A stretch of 64,000 bases of DNA from a virus: positions 1-64,000 of IMG/VR virus record IMGVR_UViG_3300003653_000052. One strand, 5' to 3'. The notes under the pieces were generated by a model, which made no database searches, was not told where the DNA came from, and saw only the letters and a program-made list of their open reading frames with translations. Position 1 is the first letter of the stretch, and every line of letters starts with the position of its first letter. The position numbers were made by a program, and so were the translations under genes. Shown in pieces: positions 6,363 through 14,478 of this stretch.

Positions 6363-6850
6363 AACAATATTAGTAGATATGGATGAGTGAAATACATACC
6401 GAAAGGATAGTATTCAAAATCCTAAGTTTACTAATCTTATTAACCAGCCAGTTAGGTTAAGATGTGTAATTCATCTCTACAAATATATCCCGTAAGATAT
6501 GTTAGTAGCTGTTATAGACAGCATCATTATAATATAATCCAACGGAGGAATATACACTAATAGGATTGACTCCTAAATAGAAGGACACTCAAAAGGGATA
6601 AAGATAGCCAAAGTCTTAGAAAGGTCTTTATATTATAATTCTTACTATTATTCCCTACAATACCGGTTCCAAGAGAGGAGGATACACATGACGTGTTCTT
6701 GGAAAGCTGATTCCTCATACCAAAATCCAGGACTTCTAAAGAGTTCTATCTTATATGATATCTATGAGTAAAGTTTTGATAGCACTCAGCACTTAAGGCT
6801 GGGTGGAAAAACCACGGATTATATTTTTAACATATAAAATAAATAAACAA
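6363..6850 (+). ncRNA. candidate structured RNA or long structured leader (island C2, downstream of the tmRNA)
   Basis: The region is ORF-free. An 8-bp stem pairs 6667-6674 with 6697-6704 and has an inner ACAC/GTGT hairpin. GAGGA (6675-6679) is complementary to TCCTC (6712-6716), giving pseudoknot potential. An 8-bp hairpin lies at 6783-6805, with further 5-bp hairpins elsewhere. Confidence 0.3.
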
Positions 6851-7306
6851 ATGGCAGAGTCCTTTTCAGTAGAAATACAAAATAGTGAAGTTACTGAATT
6901 ACTTAAAAAAGTAATTCATTCACCCCATAATGAAATTATTACTAATATTATTATAGGTCATTTAAATAGTACATCACAAGGACTTTCTCAATTATTTAAA
7001 GCTTTAAATGGTATTGATAATAAAAGTAAATGGAAAGTAGGCATGAATGTGCTTGTAAAATGTAGTAATTTATATAATTCAAACATTAATATAGAACTAA
7101 TGACTGAAAAAGGAATGTTTCATCAAGGTTATATTAATGCTCATATAACAAATATTGATCCTTTTAATTATTCAAACATAGTGATTATTTATAATATCTT
7201 TAATAAAAAAGAAGAATTTGAACAATGTAATTATTCAGTTAATGAGCAATCAATCATAGAAGGAGAATGTTTTCCTGGAGAAACTGAAAGTGAAATACCT
7301 TTTTGA
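6851..7306 (+). CDS. hypothetical protein (151 aa)
   Basis: The track ORF starts at GTG 6803, inside an 8-bp hairpin (6783-6805). The in-frame ATG at 6851 is preferred. Confidence 0.6.
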   Translation: MAESFSVEIQNSEVTELLKKVIHSPHNEIITNIIIGHLNSTSQGLSQLFKALNGIDNKSKWKVGMNVLVKCSNLYNSNINIELMTEKGMFHQGYINAHITNIDPFNYSNIVIIYNIFNKKEEFEQCNYSVNEQSIIEGECFPGETESEIPF

Positions 7307-7347
7307 TAATTATTTTGCATTTGATGTATTTTTAACAGGTAAAAGAT

Positions 7348-7355
7348 TATATTTG
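7348..7355 (+). promoter_or_regulatory. possible -7 box TATATTTG
   Basis: It matches exactly in the 83-nt gap upstream of the ORF at 7390. Upstream TTTG elements lie at 7314-7317 and 7320-7323, but their spacing (24-30 nt) is longer than typical. Confidence 0.25.
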
Positions 7356-7389
7356 CATATGTTAAAAATTAATCTTATATCATTATATT

Positions 7390-7680
7390 GTGTTGTATCA
7401 ACTTTCTACAGGAAAAACTATAAATATTTCATTGGAACAGTTTCTTGATCTTACAGATGAAGATGAACAATATTTAGTAAGCCTTAATTATGGTGATACC
7501 ATTTTATCTCCTTTTTTTAAATCCTCACTTAGTAATACAACAGAAAGACCTGAAAGAGAAGATGATTCAATAGATTATATTGAAGATTTAGAAGAACTTT
7601 CAGAAGTACAACAAAGAACGTTATCTCTTGATGAAGAACCAGTAGAAATTCCAAACCCAGAAGATTTAGAATTAGAATAG
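7390..7680 (+). CDS. hypothetical acidic protein (96 aa, GTG start)
   Basis: ORF track. An 11-bp perfect hairpin lies downstream. Confidence 0.5.
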   Translation: MLYQLSTGKTINISLEQFLDLTDEDEQYLVSLNYGDTILSPFFKSSLSNTTERPEREDDSIDYIEDLEELSEVQQRTLSLDEEPVEIPNPEDLELE

Positions 7681-7714
7681 TCATAGTGTATTCCGGATAC
7701 ATTATTTTTAGATA

Positions 7715-7746
7715 ATACATGATAAAAAGGACTACTTATCATGTAT
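7715..7746 (+). terminator. 11-bp perfect hairpin after the ORF at 7390-7680
   Basis: ATACATGATAA-(10 nt)-TTATCATGTAT is followed by GTTTACTTT. Confidence 0.55.
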
Positions 7747-7799
7747 GTTTACTTTAGTAGTCTATCAAATCAAATTAATAACCAATAACCAAAAACAAA

Positions 7800-8285
7800 A
7801 TGGAAGATTTAACCAAAGTAACAGTATCTGCGGATGCTGTAGGAAATGTCATTGTCCAATCTATAAGTAATCCTGAATTTGGATACATTAGAGTTAGTCA
7901 AGACAGAACAATTTTTGATGATAATGGATTTATGTCTAAAAAACCAGTTAGTGCCTTAATTCATGGTACTGTATCTGATTTACAGTCATTAAATTGGAAA
8001 AAAGGTCAAGAATTAACAGGTAAAGTTGTAATTAAACAGTCTTTAGTAGCATTTAACAAGAAAAAGCCTGAAATTGATTACAAAGTTGCTGGTAAGACAG
8101 GAATTATATGTACAATAGGAGGATCTCCTATTTACTATAAAACAAACTATTCATCAAATGCGAATGTTGAAGATAGTTTACCTATTAAACATGATAATAC
8201 AGAAGCAATTATAGCAAAACTTGCTGAATTAAAAGTGTTAGAAGCAATTACAAGTAATTCTTCAACTGCTGATTTTACATTATAA
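7800..8285 (+). CDS. hypothetical protein (161 aa)
   Basis: ORF track. An A-rich AACCAATAACC leader lies upstream and an intrinsic terminator downstream. Confidence 0.7.
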   Translation: MEDLTKVTVSADAVGNVIVQSISNPEFGYIRVSQDRTIFDDNGFMSKKPVSALIHGTVSDLQSLNWKKGQELTGKVVIKQSLVAFNKKKPEIDYKVAGKTGIICTIGGSPIYYKTNYSSNANVEDSLPIKHDNTEAIIAKLAELKVLEAITSNSSTADFTL

Positions 8286-8297
8286 ATTAACTTTAAT

Positions 8298-8329
8298 AGG
8301 AGAGATGAATGATTGTCTCTCCTATTTTT
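8298..8329 (+). terminator. intrinsic terminator
   Basis: AGGAGAGA..TCTCTCCT is followed by ATTTTT. Confidence 0.7.
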
Positions 8330-8342
8330 AAACTAACTGGCC

Positions 8343-8882
8343 ATGGAAAAAAGTATTAACTTAGTATATAGCACACGGAATAGTTTGTTATATAAAGGAA
8401 AACTAAACAATTATCAATTAGAGGGTAATAAGTTTAATGATAAAAAGGTATCTAAAATTGAACAAGGACCGTATAACGAATATCAAAATCTATTATATAA
8501 TAGAGTGTTGTATGGATTATCAGTATTTTCTAAAGAAGAATTACAAGTAATGCATTGGGAAAAGAAAAAACGTATAACTAAAGTTAATCTTAGAACTAAA
8601 GCAATATTAAATATTTGGAAACAAGAAATTACTAATAAACTCTTTGATAAATTCTTTAAACCTAAATTCATAAATTCAAAAAGTGAATTTGGTAAAGAGT
8701 TTATAAACCTATATTCTAATGAAACGGATTCTGAAATAGAAATTAAGATTCCTTTTAAAACATTAGGTATATTTAAAAAAGACATCATCACAAAACTAAT
8801 TGTAGAAAGTTTATTACCAAAGAATTTTTATGAACTAAAACCCGTATATTATGGCTTACCCAGACTTCTCATTAAGAGTTAA
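8343..8882 (+). CDS. hypothetical basic protein (179 aa)
   Basis: ORF track. Confidence 0.65.
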   Translation: MEKSINLVYSTRNSLLYKGKLNNYQLEGNKFNDKKVSKIEQGPYNEYQNLLYNRVLYGLSVFSKEELQVMHWEKKKRITKVNLRTKAILNIWKQEITNKLFDKFFKPKFINSKSEFGKEFINLYSNETDSEIEIKIPFKTLGIFKKDIITKLIVESLLPKNFYELKPVYYGLPRLLIKS

Positions 8883-9027
8883 AAAATTTGGTGTTACTAT
8901 AGATTATAATTTATTAGGAAAAGTACTACTTGCAAAACAAGAGTTAATAAATTTTCCTATAATTAAAGATCCTACACAATACCGTGAAAGAAAATTATCA
9001 ATTATTAATACTATTTATCCTGATTGA
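8851..9027 (+). CDS. small hypothetical protein (58 aa), below the track cutoff
   Basis: Hand translation from ATG 8851 gives MAYPDFSLRVKKFGVTIDYNLLGKVLLAKQELINFPIIKDPTQYRERKLSIINTIYPD, with TGA at 9025-9027. It overlaps the upstream ORF by 32 nt. Confidence 0.35.
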   Translation: MAYPDFSLRVKKFGVTIDYNLLGKVLLAKQELINFPIIKDPTQYRERKLSIINTIYPD

Positions 9028-9130
9028 TAAATAGTAAAAAAAGAACAACTGTGATGGGTTGATCTCTGAAACATGGGTAGAGTTATTAATTTAACTTTAT
9101 TCATGCTTTTGGAGGTAATTTAAAAAAAAC

Positions 9131-9553
9131 ATGATAAATAAGAAAAAAATATGTAGTATTTGTAATACTCCACAATATATTTGGAAGTCTTCAGGTACGG
9201 GTGGGAAGAAGATATGTAAAGCTTGTTACCGGAGTTGCCACTTAGGTATCCAGAAACTAAAACCAATAGTTAAGCAGAAAAGAATCTCACCCAAATCTGA
9301 AAGAAGAATTATTCAAGATAAAAAATATACTAAACTTAGGAAACAACTTCTTGAAGAATTTCATGAATGTCAAGCTCAAATAGAAAATATATGTCAGGGA
9401 TATAGTACTACATGTCATCATAAACAAGGTAGAATAGGTAAATTATATACAGATTATTCTAAATTTTTAGCTTGTTGTATGCCGTGTCATTCTTATATTG
9501 AGATAAATCCTATATGGGCTAAAGAACAAGGTTTTTCACTAAATAGATTATAA
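9131..9553 (+). CDS. HNH-like nuclease with N-terminal Zn ribbon
   Basis: CSIC..CKAC at the N-terminus. The C-terminal TCHHKQGR..(x17)..CCMPCHSYIE resembles an HNH (His-Me finger) core. Confidence 0.5.
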   Translation: MINKKKICSICNTPQYIWKSSGTGGKKICKACYRSCHLGIQKLKPIVKQKRISPKSERRIIQDKKYTKLRKQLLEEFHECQAQIENICQGYSTTCHHKQGRIGKLYTDYSKFLACCMPCHSYIEINPIWAKEQGFSLNRL

Positions 9554-9560
9554 CTTAATT

Positions 9561-9773
9561 ATGATTTTAAATATAGCATATAGACCAAGAATTAAAAAAA
9601 AAGAAATTGATAGAGATAAATTAGCAAAACTTATAGAAGTTAGTGCTAATAATTCAATATTCTTTTCTAATCAAATACAAAAAACAATTAACATTGAAAA
9701 AAATGTTAAAACCGTAGGTAAAACATATTTTGACAGACTTAATACTAAACAATATGAAAGAAGTACTATTTAA
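9561..9773 (+). CDS. hypothetical protein (70 aa)
   Basis: ORF track. Confidence 0.45.
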   Translation: MILNIAYRPRIKKKEIDRDKLAKLIEVSANNSIFFSNQIQKTINIEKNVKTVGKTYFDRLNTKQYERSTI

Positions 9774-9936
9774 ATTTAAAACTGAAGAACAAGCATCTGA
9801 ATTTATGAGATGGTTTTCTGAATATGGACAACAAGAGTATATTAATGATGCTACAACAGGTATTATAGAAATAGATCAACTATGTCCTAATATAGAATGT
9901 GATTATGAAAACAACATAATAAACTTATACAAATGA
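9730..9936 (+). CDS. hypothetical protein (68 aa; the start could be the internal ATG at 9754)
   Basis: ORF track. It overlaps the upstream ORF. Confidence 0.5.
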   Translation: MTDLILNNMKEVLFKFKTEEQASEFMRWFSEYGQQEYINDATTGIIEIDQLCPNIECDYENNIINLYK

Positions 9937-10262
9937 GAGAGATAAAATTTAGATTTTGGAATTCTTTAGATTTAAAAATGATATCAGATGATGATTTAAA
10001 AAATCTTACTTTACAGACTATTAGAGAATCTGAAGGAGTATTGTTACAATTTACGGGTATAAAAGATAAAAACAATGTTGAGATTTATGAAGGAGATATT
10101 ATTAAATATACTCAACATCATTTTAATACACCAATGGTAAAAGAACATATTAAAGTAGTTGAATTTGACTATGATAAATGGACTATTTATACAAGTAATG
10201 CTGGAGAATCAAATGTTGAAGTAATAGGTAATATTTATCAAAATAGTGATTTAATAAAATAA
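9933..10262 (+). CDS. YopX-family protein
   Basis: MREIKFRFWN.., ..LLQFTGIKDKNNVEIYEGDII.. and ..VIGNIYQNSDLI follow the characteristic YopX pattern. Confidence 0.8.
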   Translation: MREIKFRFWNSLDLKMISDDDLKNLTLQTIRESEGVLLQFTGIKDKNNVEIYEGDIIKYTQHHFNTPMVKEHIKVVEFDYDKWTIYTSNAGESNVEVIGNIYQNSDLIK

Positions 10263-10299
10263 ATATGTAAAAAATATAGGTATTTTAATAAAATACTTA

Positions 10300-10307
10300 T
10301 ATTTTTG
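10300..10307 (+). promoter_or_regulatory. Bacteroidota-type -7 box TAnnTTTG (TATTTTTG)
   Basis: It matches the -7 consensus exactly and ends 4 nt before ATG 10312, implying a leaderless or near-leaderless mRNA. Confidence 0.4.
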
Positions 10308-10311
10308 TATT

Positions 10312-10899
10312 ATGGAAAATAGACTAACTTTTATAGAAAAAGCTCCTACTAGAAAGGAGAAATCAAGAGGAATATATCAATGTTCTTGTGGAAAAATTAA
10401 AGAAATAGATAATACTCTAGTAAAAAATAATATTGTTAAATCATGTGGGTGTCTTCAAAAAGAAAGAGCTAGTAATTCTTCTAAAACCCACGGTCTTTCT
10501 AAAACCCCTGAATATTATATTTGGAAAGCTATGATTCAAAGAATTACTAATTCTAATAATAAACAATATTTTAATTATGGAGGAAGAGGTCTTACTATTT
10601 CTGAAAAATGGAATGATTTTACAGTATTTATTAAGGATATGGGTAAAAGACCAGCTCCAAAATACTCTATTGAAAGAATTGATAATTCATTAGGATATTG
10701 TAAAGAAAATTGTAAATGGGCTACTATAATAGAACAATCCAATAATAGAAGAAATAATAGAATTCTTACATTAAATGGTAAATCTCAGAATTTATCTCAA
10801 TGGGCTATTGAATTAAGTATTGATCAAACAGTATTAAGAAGAAGATTAGCTTTAGGATGGAATGATATAGAAATGTTAACAACTAAATTATTAAAATAA
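10312..10899 (+). CDS. free-standing homing-endonuclease-like DNA-binding protein (Zn ribbon plus YGGRG / ERIDN..NCKWAT module plus C-terminal HTH-like tail)
   Basis: CSCG..(x19)..SCGCLQKE, then THGLS..YYIWKAM..YGGRGLTISEKW..FIKDMG..SIERIDNSLGYCKENCKWATIIEQSNN. This architecture recurs in phage HNH/AP2-type mobile genes. It has its own TAnnTTTG box ending 4 nt before the ATG. Confidence 0.55.
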   Translation: MENRLTFIEKAPTRKEKSRGIYQCSCGKIKEIDNTLVKNNIVKSCGCLQKERASNSSKTHGLSKTPEYYIWKAMIQRITNSNNKQYFNYGGRGLTISEKWNDFTVFIKDMGKRPAPKYSIERIDNSLGYCKENCKWATIIEQSNNRRNNRILTLNGKSQNLSQWAIELSIDQTVLRRRLALGWNDIEMLTTKLLK

Positions 10900-10901
10900 A
10901 T

Positions 10902-11984
10902 ATGGAATTTTCACAAACACTATTTAAATTAGATTCGCTTCAACGTGAGCGAATATTACATATATATACTATAGAAGGAGAATTAATACAAGAATCTGGA
11001 CTCATTAATGGTAATAAAGTAATACATAAAAAAATGTGTATTTCTAAAAATACAAATAAAAGTAACCAGACTACACCTCAAGAACAAGCTGTATTACAAG
11101 CTAAAAGTAAAATTGAAGAGAAATTAACAGAAGGATATTTTAGAACTATTGAAGAGGCTAAATCTATTAAAGTAGTAATGCCTATGTTAGCTCTGTCTTA
11201 TAATGATGAAAAGCATAAGATTAATTGGAAAGAATCTGTGTATGCATCTAGAAAGTTAGATGGTATGAGATGCCACATTGTAGTAGAAAATGGTACTATC
11301 AAACTTATGTCCAGGGCTGGTAAGGAAATCCTTACTATGGATCATATTAAAACCATACTATACAATATTGTTACTCCAACTACAAATTTTATATTAGACG
11401 GAGAATTATATGCTGATGGTTATAATTTTCAAGAGAATATGAGAATGATTAAGAAAGTTGGTCCAGATACTACAAAGATTGGATTTCATATTTATGATGT
11501 AGTAAGTGCTTTACCTTATAATGATAGATATGCTTTTGCAGAAAAAGTAGTTAATAAAATTAATTCTCCTAATATATTATTAGTATTAAGTGTACAGATA
11601 TATTCTGAAGATGGTTTAAAAACTTGTCATAAATATTTTATATCAGAAGGATATGAAGGTACTATGATAAGACACTCTAATATAGGATATGAAAGTAATA
11701 AACGTAGTAGCAGTCTATTGAAATATAAAGATTTTCAAGACATAGCACTTCCTATTATTGATATAACTCCTAATGATGCTAATCCATTACATGGTACTCC
11801 ATGGTTTGAATTAAATGGTAAAGGTTTTAAATCAGGATTAAAAATGTCTCATAGTGAAAGAGAAGATTTATTATTAAATAAAGAAAAACATATATCTCAA
11901 ATTGCTGAAATTAGATATTTTGAACTTACTGAAGATGGTGTTCCAAGATTTCCAGTAATGATAGGTTTTAGGGAGGACAAATGA
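10902..11984 (+). CDS. ATP-dependent DNA ligase
   Basis: Nucleotidyltransferase motifs are present: KLDGMR (motif I, KxDG), ILDGELY (III), EGTMIRH (IV), LLKYKDF (V). Confidence 0.9.
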   Translation: MEFSQTLFKLDSLQRERILHIYTIEGELIQESGLINGNKVIHKKMCISKNTNKSNQTTPQEQAVLQAKSKIEEKLTEGYFRTIEEAKSIKVVMPMLALSYNDEKHKINWKESVYASRKLDGMRCHIVVENGTIKLMSRAGKEILTMDHIKTILYNIVTPTTNFILDGELYADGYNFQENMRMIKKVGPDTTKIGFHIYDVVSALPYNDRYAFAEKVVNKINSPNILLVLSVQIYSEDGLKTCHKYFISEGYEGTMIRHSNIGYESNKRSSSLLKYKDFQDIALPIIDITPNDANPLHGTPWFELNGKGFKSGLKMSHSEREDLLLNKEKHISQIAEIRYFELTEDGVPRFPVMIGFREDK

Positions 11985-12196
11985 AGTGTATAATCAAAGC
12001 AATGAATGAAACTAAATACAAACCAAGAGCAAGATGGTGGGGATATGTTGATAATGGTGTAAGATATCTTTGCCGTTATCATCATGTTCTATGTATATTT
12101 AAAGATAAAAATAATATTAACGGTTATTGGGAAACAAAAACTGATAAAATAGGTGTTCTTTTTGCAATAGATTATTTTAAAAAACAAAACTTATAA
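11981..12196 (+). CDS. hypothetical protein (71 aa)
   Basis: ORF track. ATGA overlap with the ligase stop. Confidence 0.5.
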   Translation: MKCIIKAMNETKYKPRARWWGYVDNGVRYLCRYHHVLCIFKDKNNINGYWETKTDKIGVLFAIDYFKKQNL

Positions 12197-12205
12197 AGCA
12201 AGATT

Positions 12206-13288
12206 ATGGAAACTAAAGAAAAAATACAGGATCTTGCTTTACAAGCAATACTTCCTTACAAAAGAGCTGGTGTTAATATATCTATGGGAACAGGTAAAAC
12301 ACTATTAGGATTAAATCATATGGAAGATCATTATACAGATTATTGTAGATTTTTAGTAGTGGCTCCTAAAAAGTCAATATTTCAATCCTGGAAAGATGAT
12401 ATAGAAAAGTTTAATATGCAACATCTTCTACCTCATATTACATTTACCACTTACATATCTTTAAGTAAGCAAGATACAGATTATGATGTAGTATATTTAG
12501 ATGAAATGCATAATTTACTTGGTCATTATTCTACATGGTTAGAACTTTATAATGGTAATATATTAGGTTTAACAGGAACACCTCCAAAATCTAAACATTC
12601 TACTAAAAGTAAAATGATTAGTAAATATTGTCCAATAGTTTATACTTATAGTACTGATACAGCTATTGATGATGCTATTTTAAATGATTATGAGATTAAA
12701 ATTCACATGTTATCTTTATCTTCTGAAAAATCTATAAAGATGACTAAAGGAGATAAACAATGGTATACTTCTGAACAAGATACTTATGATTATTGGACTA
12801 GACGAATAGATGATGCATTAACTGGTAAAGAAGTGCAAATTACTAGATTAATGAGAATGAAAGCAATGATGGAATTTCCAAGTAAAGAATACTTAACTAA
12901 GGTATTAATGAATCAAATTCCTAGCAAATGTCTTATATTTGCTAATACAATTGAACAATCTTTAAAATTATGTTCTCACAGTTATAACAGTAAAGACGCA
13001 CTTTCTTTGGCAAATTTACAATTATTTAAAGAAGGAGTTATAAATCAACTTTCTTGTGTATTAATGCTTTCAGAAGGTGTAAATATTCCAGATTTAAAAG
13101 AATCTATAATATTACATTCTTATGGTGCTTCATCTCCTAAAGGACTTCAAAGATTAGGTCGTTGTTTAAGACTTAATCCAAAAGATAAAGCTATTATTAA
13201 TGTATTATGTTATAAAAATACTGTAGATGAGAAATGGTGTAAAGATTCTTTTAGTTCATTGGATCAGTCTAAAATAAAATATGTATAA
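12206..13288 (+). CDS. SF2 (DEAD/DEAH-like) helicase
   Basis: Motifs are MGTGKT (Walker A), LDEMHN (motif II), LTGTPP (III) and LQRLGRCLR (VI). Confidence 0.8.
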   Translation: METKEKIQDLALQAILPYKRAGVNISMGTGKTLLGLNHMEDHYTDYCRFLVVAPKKSIFQSWKDDIEKFNMQHLLPHITFTTYISLSKQDTDYDVVYLDEMHNLLGHYSTWLELYNGNILGLTGTPPKSKHSTKSKMISKYCPIVYTYSTDTAIDDAILNDYEIKIHMLSLSSEKSIKMTKGDKQWYTSEQDTYDYWTRRIDDALTGKEVQITRLMRMKAMMEFPSKEYLTKVLMNQIPSKCLIFANTIEQSLKLCSHSYNSKDALSLANLQLFKEGVINQLSCVLMLSEGVNIPDLKESIILHSYGASSPKGLQRLGRCLRLNPKDKAIINVLCYKNTVDEKWCKDSFSSLDQSKIKYV

Positions 13289-13569
13289 TGGGACAATTTA
13301 TAACAGAGAAAGAAATAGCAGAAGAGCATTTCTCTCAATTAACAGAACAACAACACTCACTTGTATTAATAAATGATGATTTTAATAGTTTTACTCATGT
13401 AATGAATTGTCTTATGACACATTGTGATCATACATTAGAACAAGCAGAACAAATTACTGTTTTAGTTCATCATAAAGGTAGATGTTCAATAAAACACGGA
13501 CCAATTAAGAAATTAACTCCTCTTAGTAATACTTTAAATTTTAACAAATTAACAACTATAATAGAATAA
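13288..13569 (+). CDS. clpS: ClpS-like Clp-protease adaptor homologue
   Basis: LVLINDDFNSFTHVMNCLMTHCDHTLEQAEQITVLVHHKGRCSIKHG follows the ClpS core pattern (vvL.NDd.n.f.fV...L......A......vH..G.a.v). The size (93 aa) is also ClpS-like. Confidence 0.7.
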   Translation: MGQFITEKEIAEEHFSQLTEQQHSLVLINDDFNSFTHVMNCLMTHCDHTLEQAEQITVLVHHKGRCSIKHGPIKKLTPLSNTLNFNKLTTIIE

Positions 13570-13697
13570 TGTCAGAGATTAAACCAAAAAGAAAAAGATG
13601 TATAAGACCTGTGTTTTCTACAAGAAAAATTATTAACATGGTATTAGAAGGTAAAATTCTTAAATATGTACCACCAATATTCACAATATGCCAGTAA
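13569..13697 (+). CDS. possible small basic ORF (42 aa)
   Basis: Hand translation gives MSEIKPKRKRCIRPVFSTRKIINMVLEGKILKYVPPIFTICQ. It bridges two track ORFs with overlaps at both ends. Confidence 0.3.
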   Translation: MSEIKPKRKRCIRPVFSTRKIINMVLEGKILKYVPPIFTICQ

Positions 13698-13966
13698 CAG
13701 CTTTATTACTTCCAGATGCTGGAGGTTCTACTAAAAAAATCAAATTTATTACTCAAGATTCTAAAGAACATTTATCAGTTGATATTTATTTATGTGATGA
13801 GAATTGGAAAGAAATGGGTAAACCAACAGAAGGTACTCATATTGATAATGAAGAAACTTATCATAGAATTCTTAGAGAAGAGGCTTCAAAACGAGATCAT
13901 TATGTATTAGAACATTCTACGAATCCTGAGTGGAACCCTGGACATGTTGCAGAAGAAGACAGATAA
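13688..13966 (+). CDS. hypothetical protein (92 aa)
   Basis: ORF track. Confidence 0.55.
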   Translation: MPVTALLLPDAGGSTKKIKFITQDSKEHLSVDIYLCDENWKEMGKPTEGTHIDNEETYHRILREEASKRDHYVLEHSTNPEWNPGHVAEEDR

Positions 13967-14028
13967 AAAATGTCCAATCAAATGGAGGTAAGAGCAACAG
14001 TATGATATAGTTTATACTGCCTCTTTAG

Positions 14029-14123
14029 GGGTAAGTGAGGGAATTGGCTAAACCTTATACCAGCACTGGTTAGTGGCAAACGAAAATAAGTCCATCTTAT
14101 AGGTTCAAATCCTATCTTATTCA
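14029..14123 (+). tRNA. tRNA-like gene or tRNA mimic, 95 nt, G3:U70 acceptor, anticodon domain not foldable by hand
   Basis: The acceptor GGGTAAG/CTTATTC forms 7 bp, with G2:U71 and G3:U70. T8-G9 follow. The D arm is AGGG-AATTGGCTAAA-CCTT. The T arm is ATAGG-TTCAAAT-CCTAT (14099-14115) and the discriminator is A14123. The 42 nt between the D and T arms gave no 5-bp/7-nt anticodon hairpin. Confidence 0.5.
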
Positions 14124-14478
14124 CAATAACAGACGTTGTCGTGTTATAATCTTATATTTTGTATAAAAAGTGAAGCTCATACTAATTAGAGTTTTTTAAT
14201 AGAGATGTTAATGAGTTTATACATTATATAAGTTGTTATGGAGTTAGAGGTTCCCATCTTATACATACCCTGTTAGTGGTGTATGTTTAAAGGATGTACA
14301 TATTTTATTTTTATTATTTTCTTTATTTTCTATCCTTCTAGAAAGGTTTAAAACACGTCCTTAGGAGCTGAGGGTATTCTTATCTGTTGCAATCAGATGT
14401 GAAACAAGAGTTAGATTATAAATCTAAGACCCCTACTAAAAATAAGAAAAAATGACTTCCAGGAATAGACTGGAATTT
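14124..14478 (+). ncRNA. ORF-free spacer between the two tRNA-like genes with several hairpins; possible RNA
   Basis: Hairpins include ATCTG-TTGCAAT-CAGAT (7-nt loop containing GCA), TTAGAT-TATAA-ATCTAA and ACATACC..GGTGTATGT. No canonical tRNA could be assembled. Confidence 0.25.

Noticed and set aside
5943-6850. The tmRNA-like region as an attP-type fragment of a host ssrA gene, or as part of an integrated element.
   Set aside because: Both the 5' and 3' halves and the internal helices are present, so it is a full-length gene and not a 3' fragment. No integrase or recombinase gene is visible in the window.
2089-6850. Group I or group II introns, RNase P RNA, SRP RNA or 6S RNA as the identity of the G+C-rich islands.
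   Set aside because: The islands lie between complete small genes rather than inside a split gene. I found no GAGGAAAGUCC-type P4 sequence, no domain-V-like hairpin, no intron-encoded RT or LAGLIDADG ORF within them, and no SRP domain-IV motif. This rejection is by eye only.
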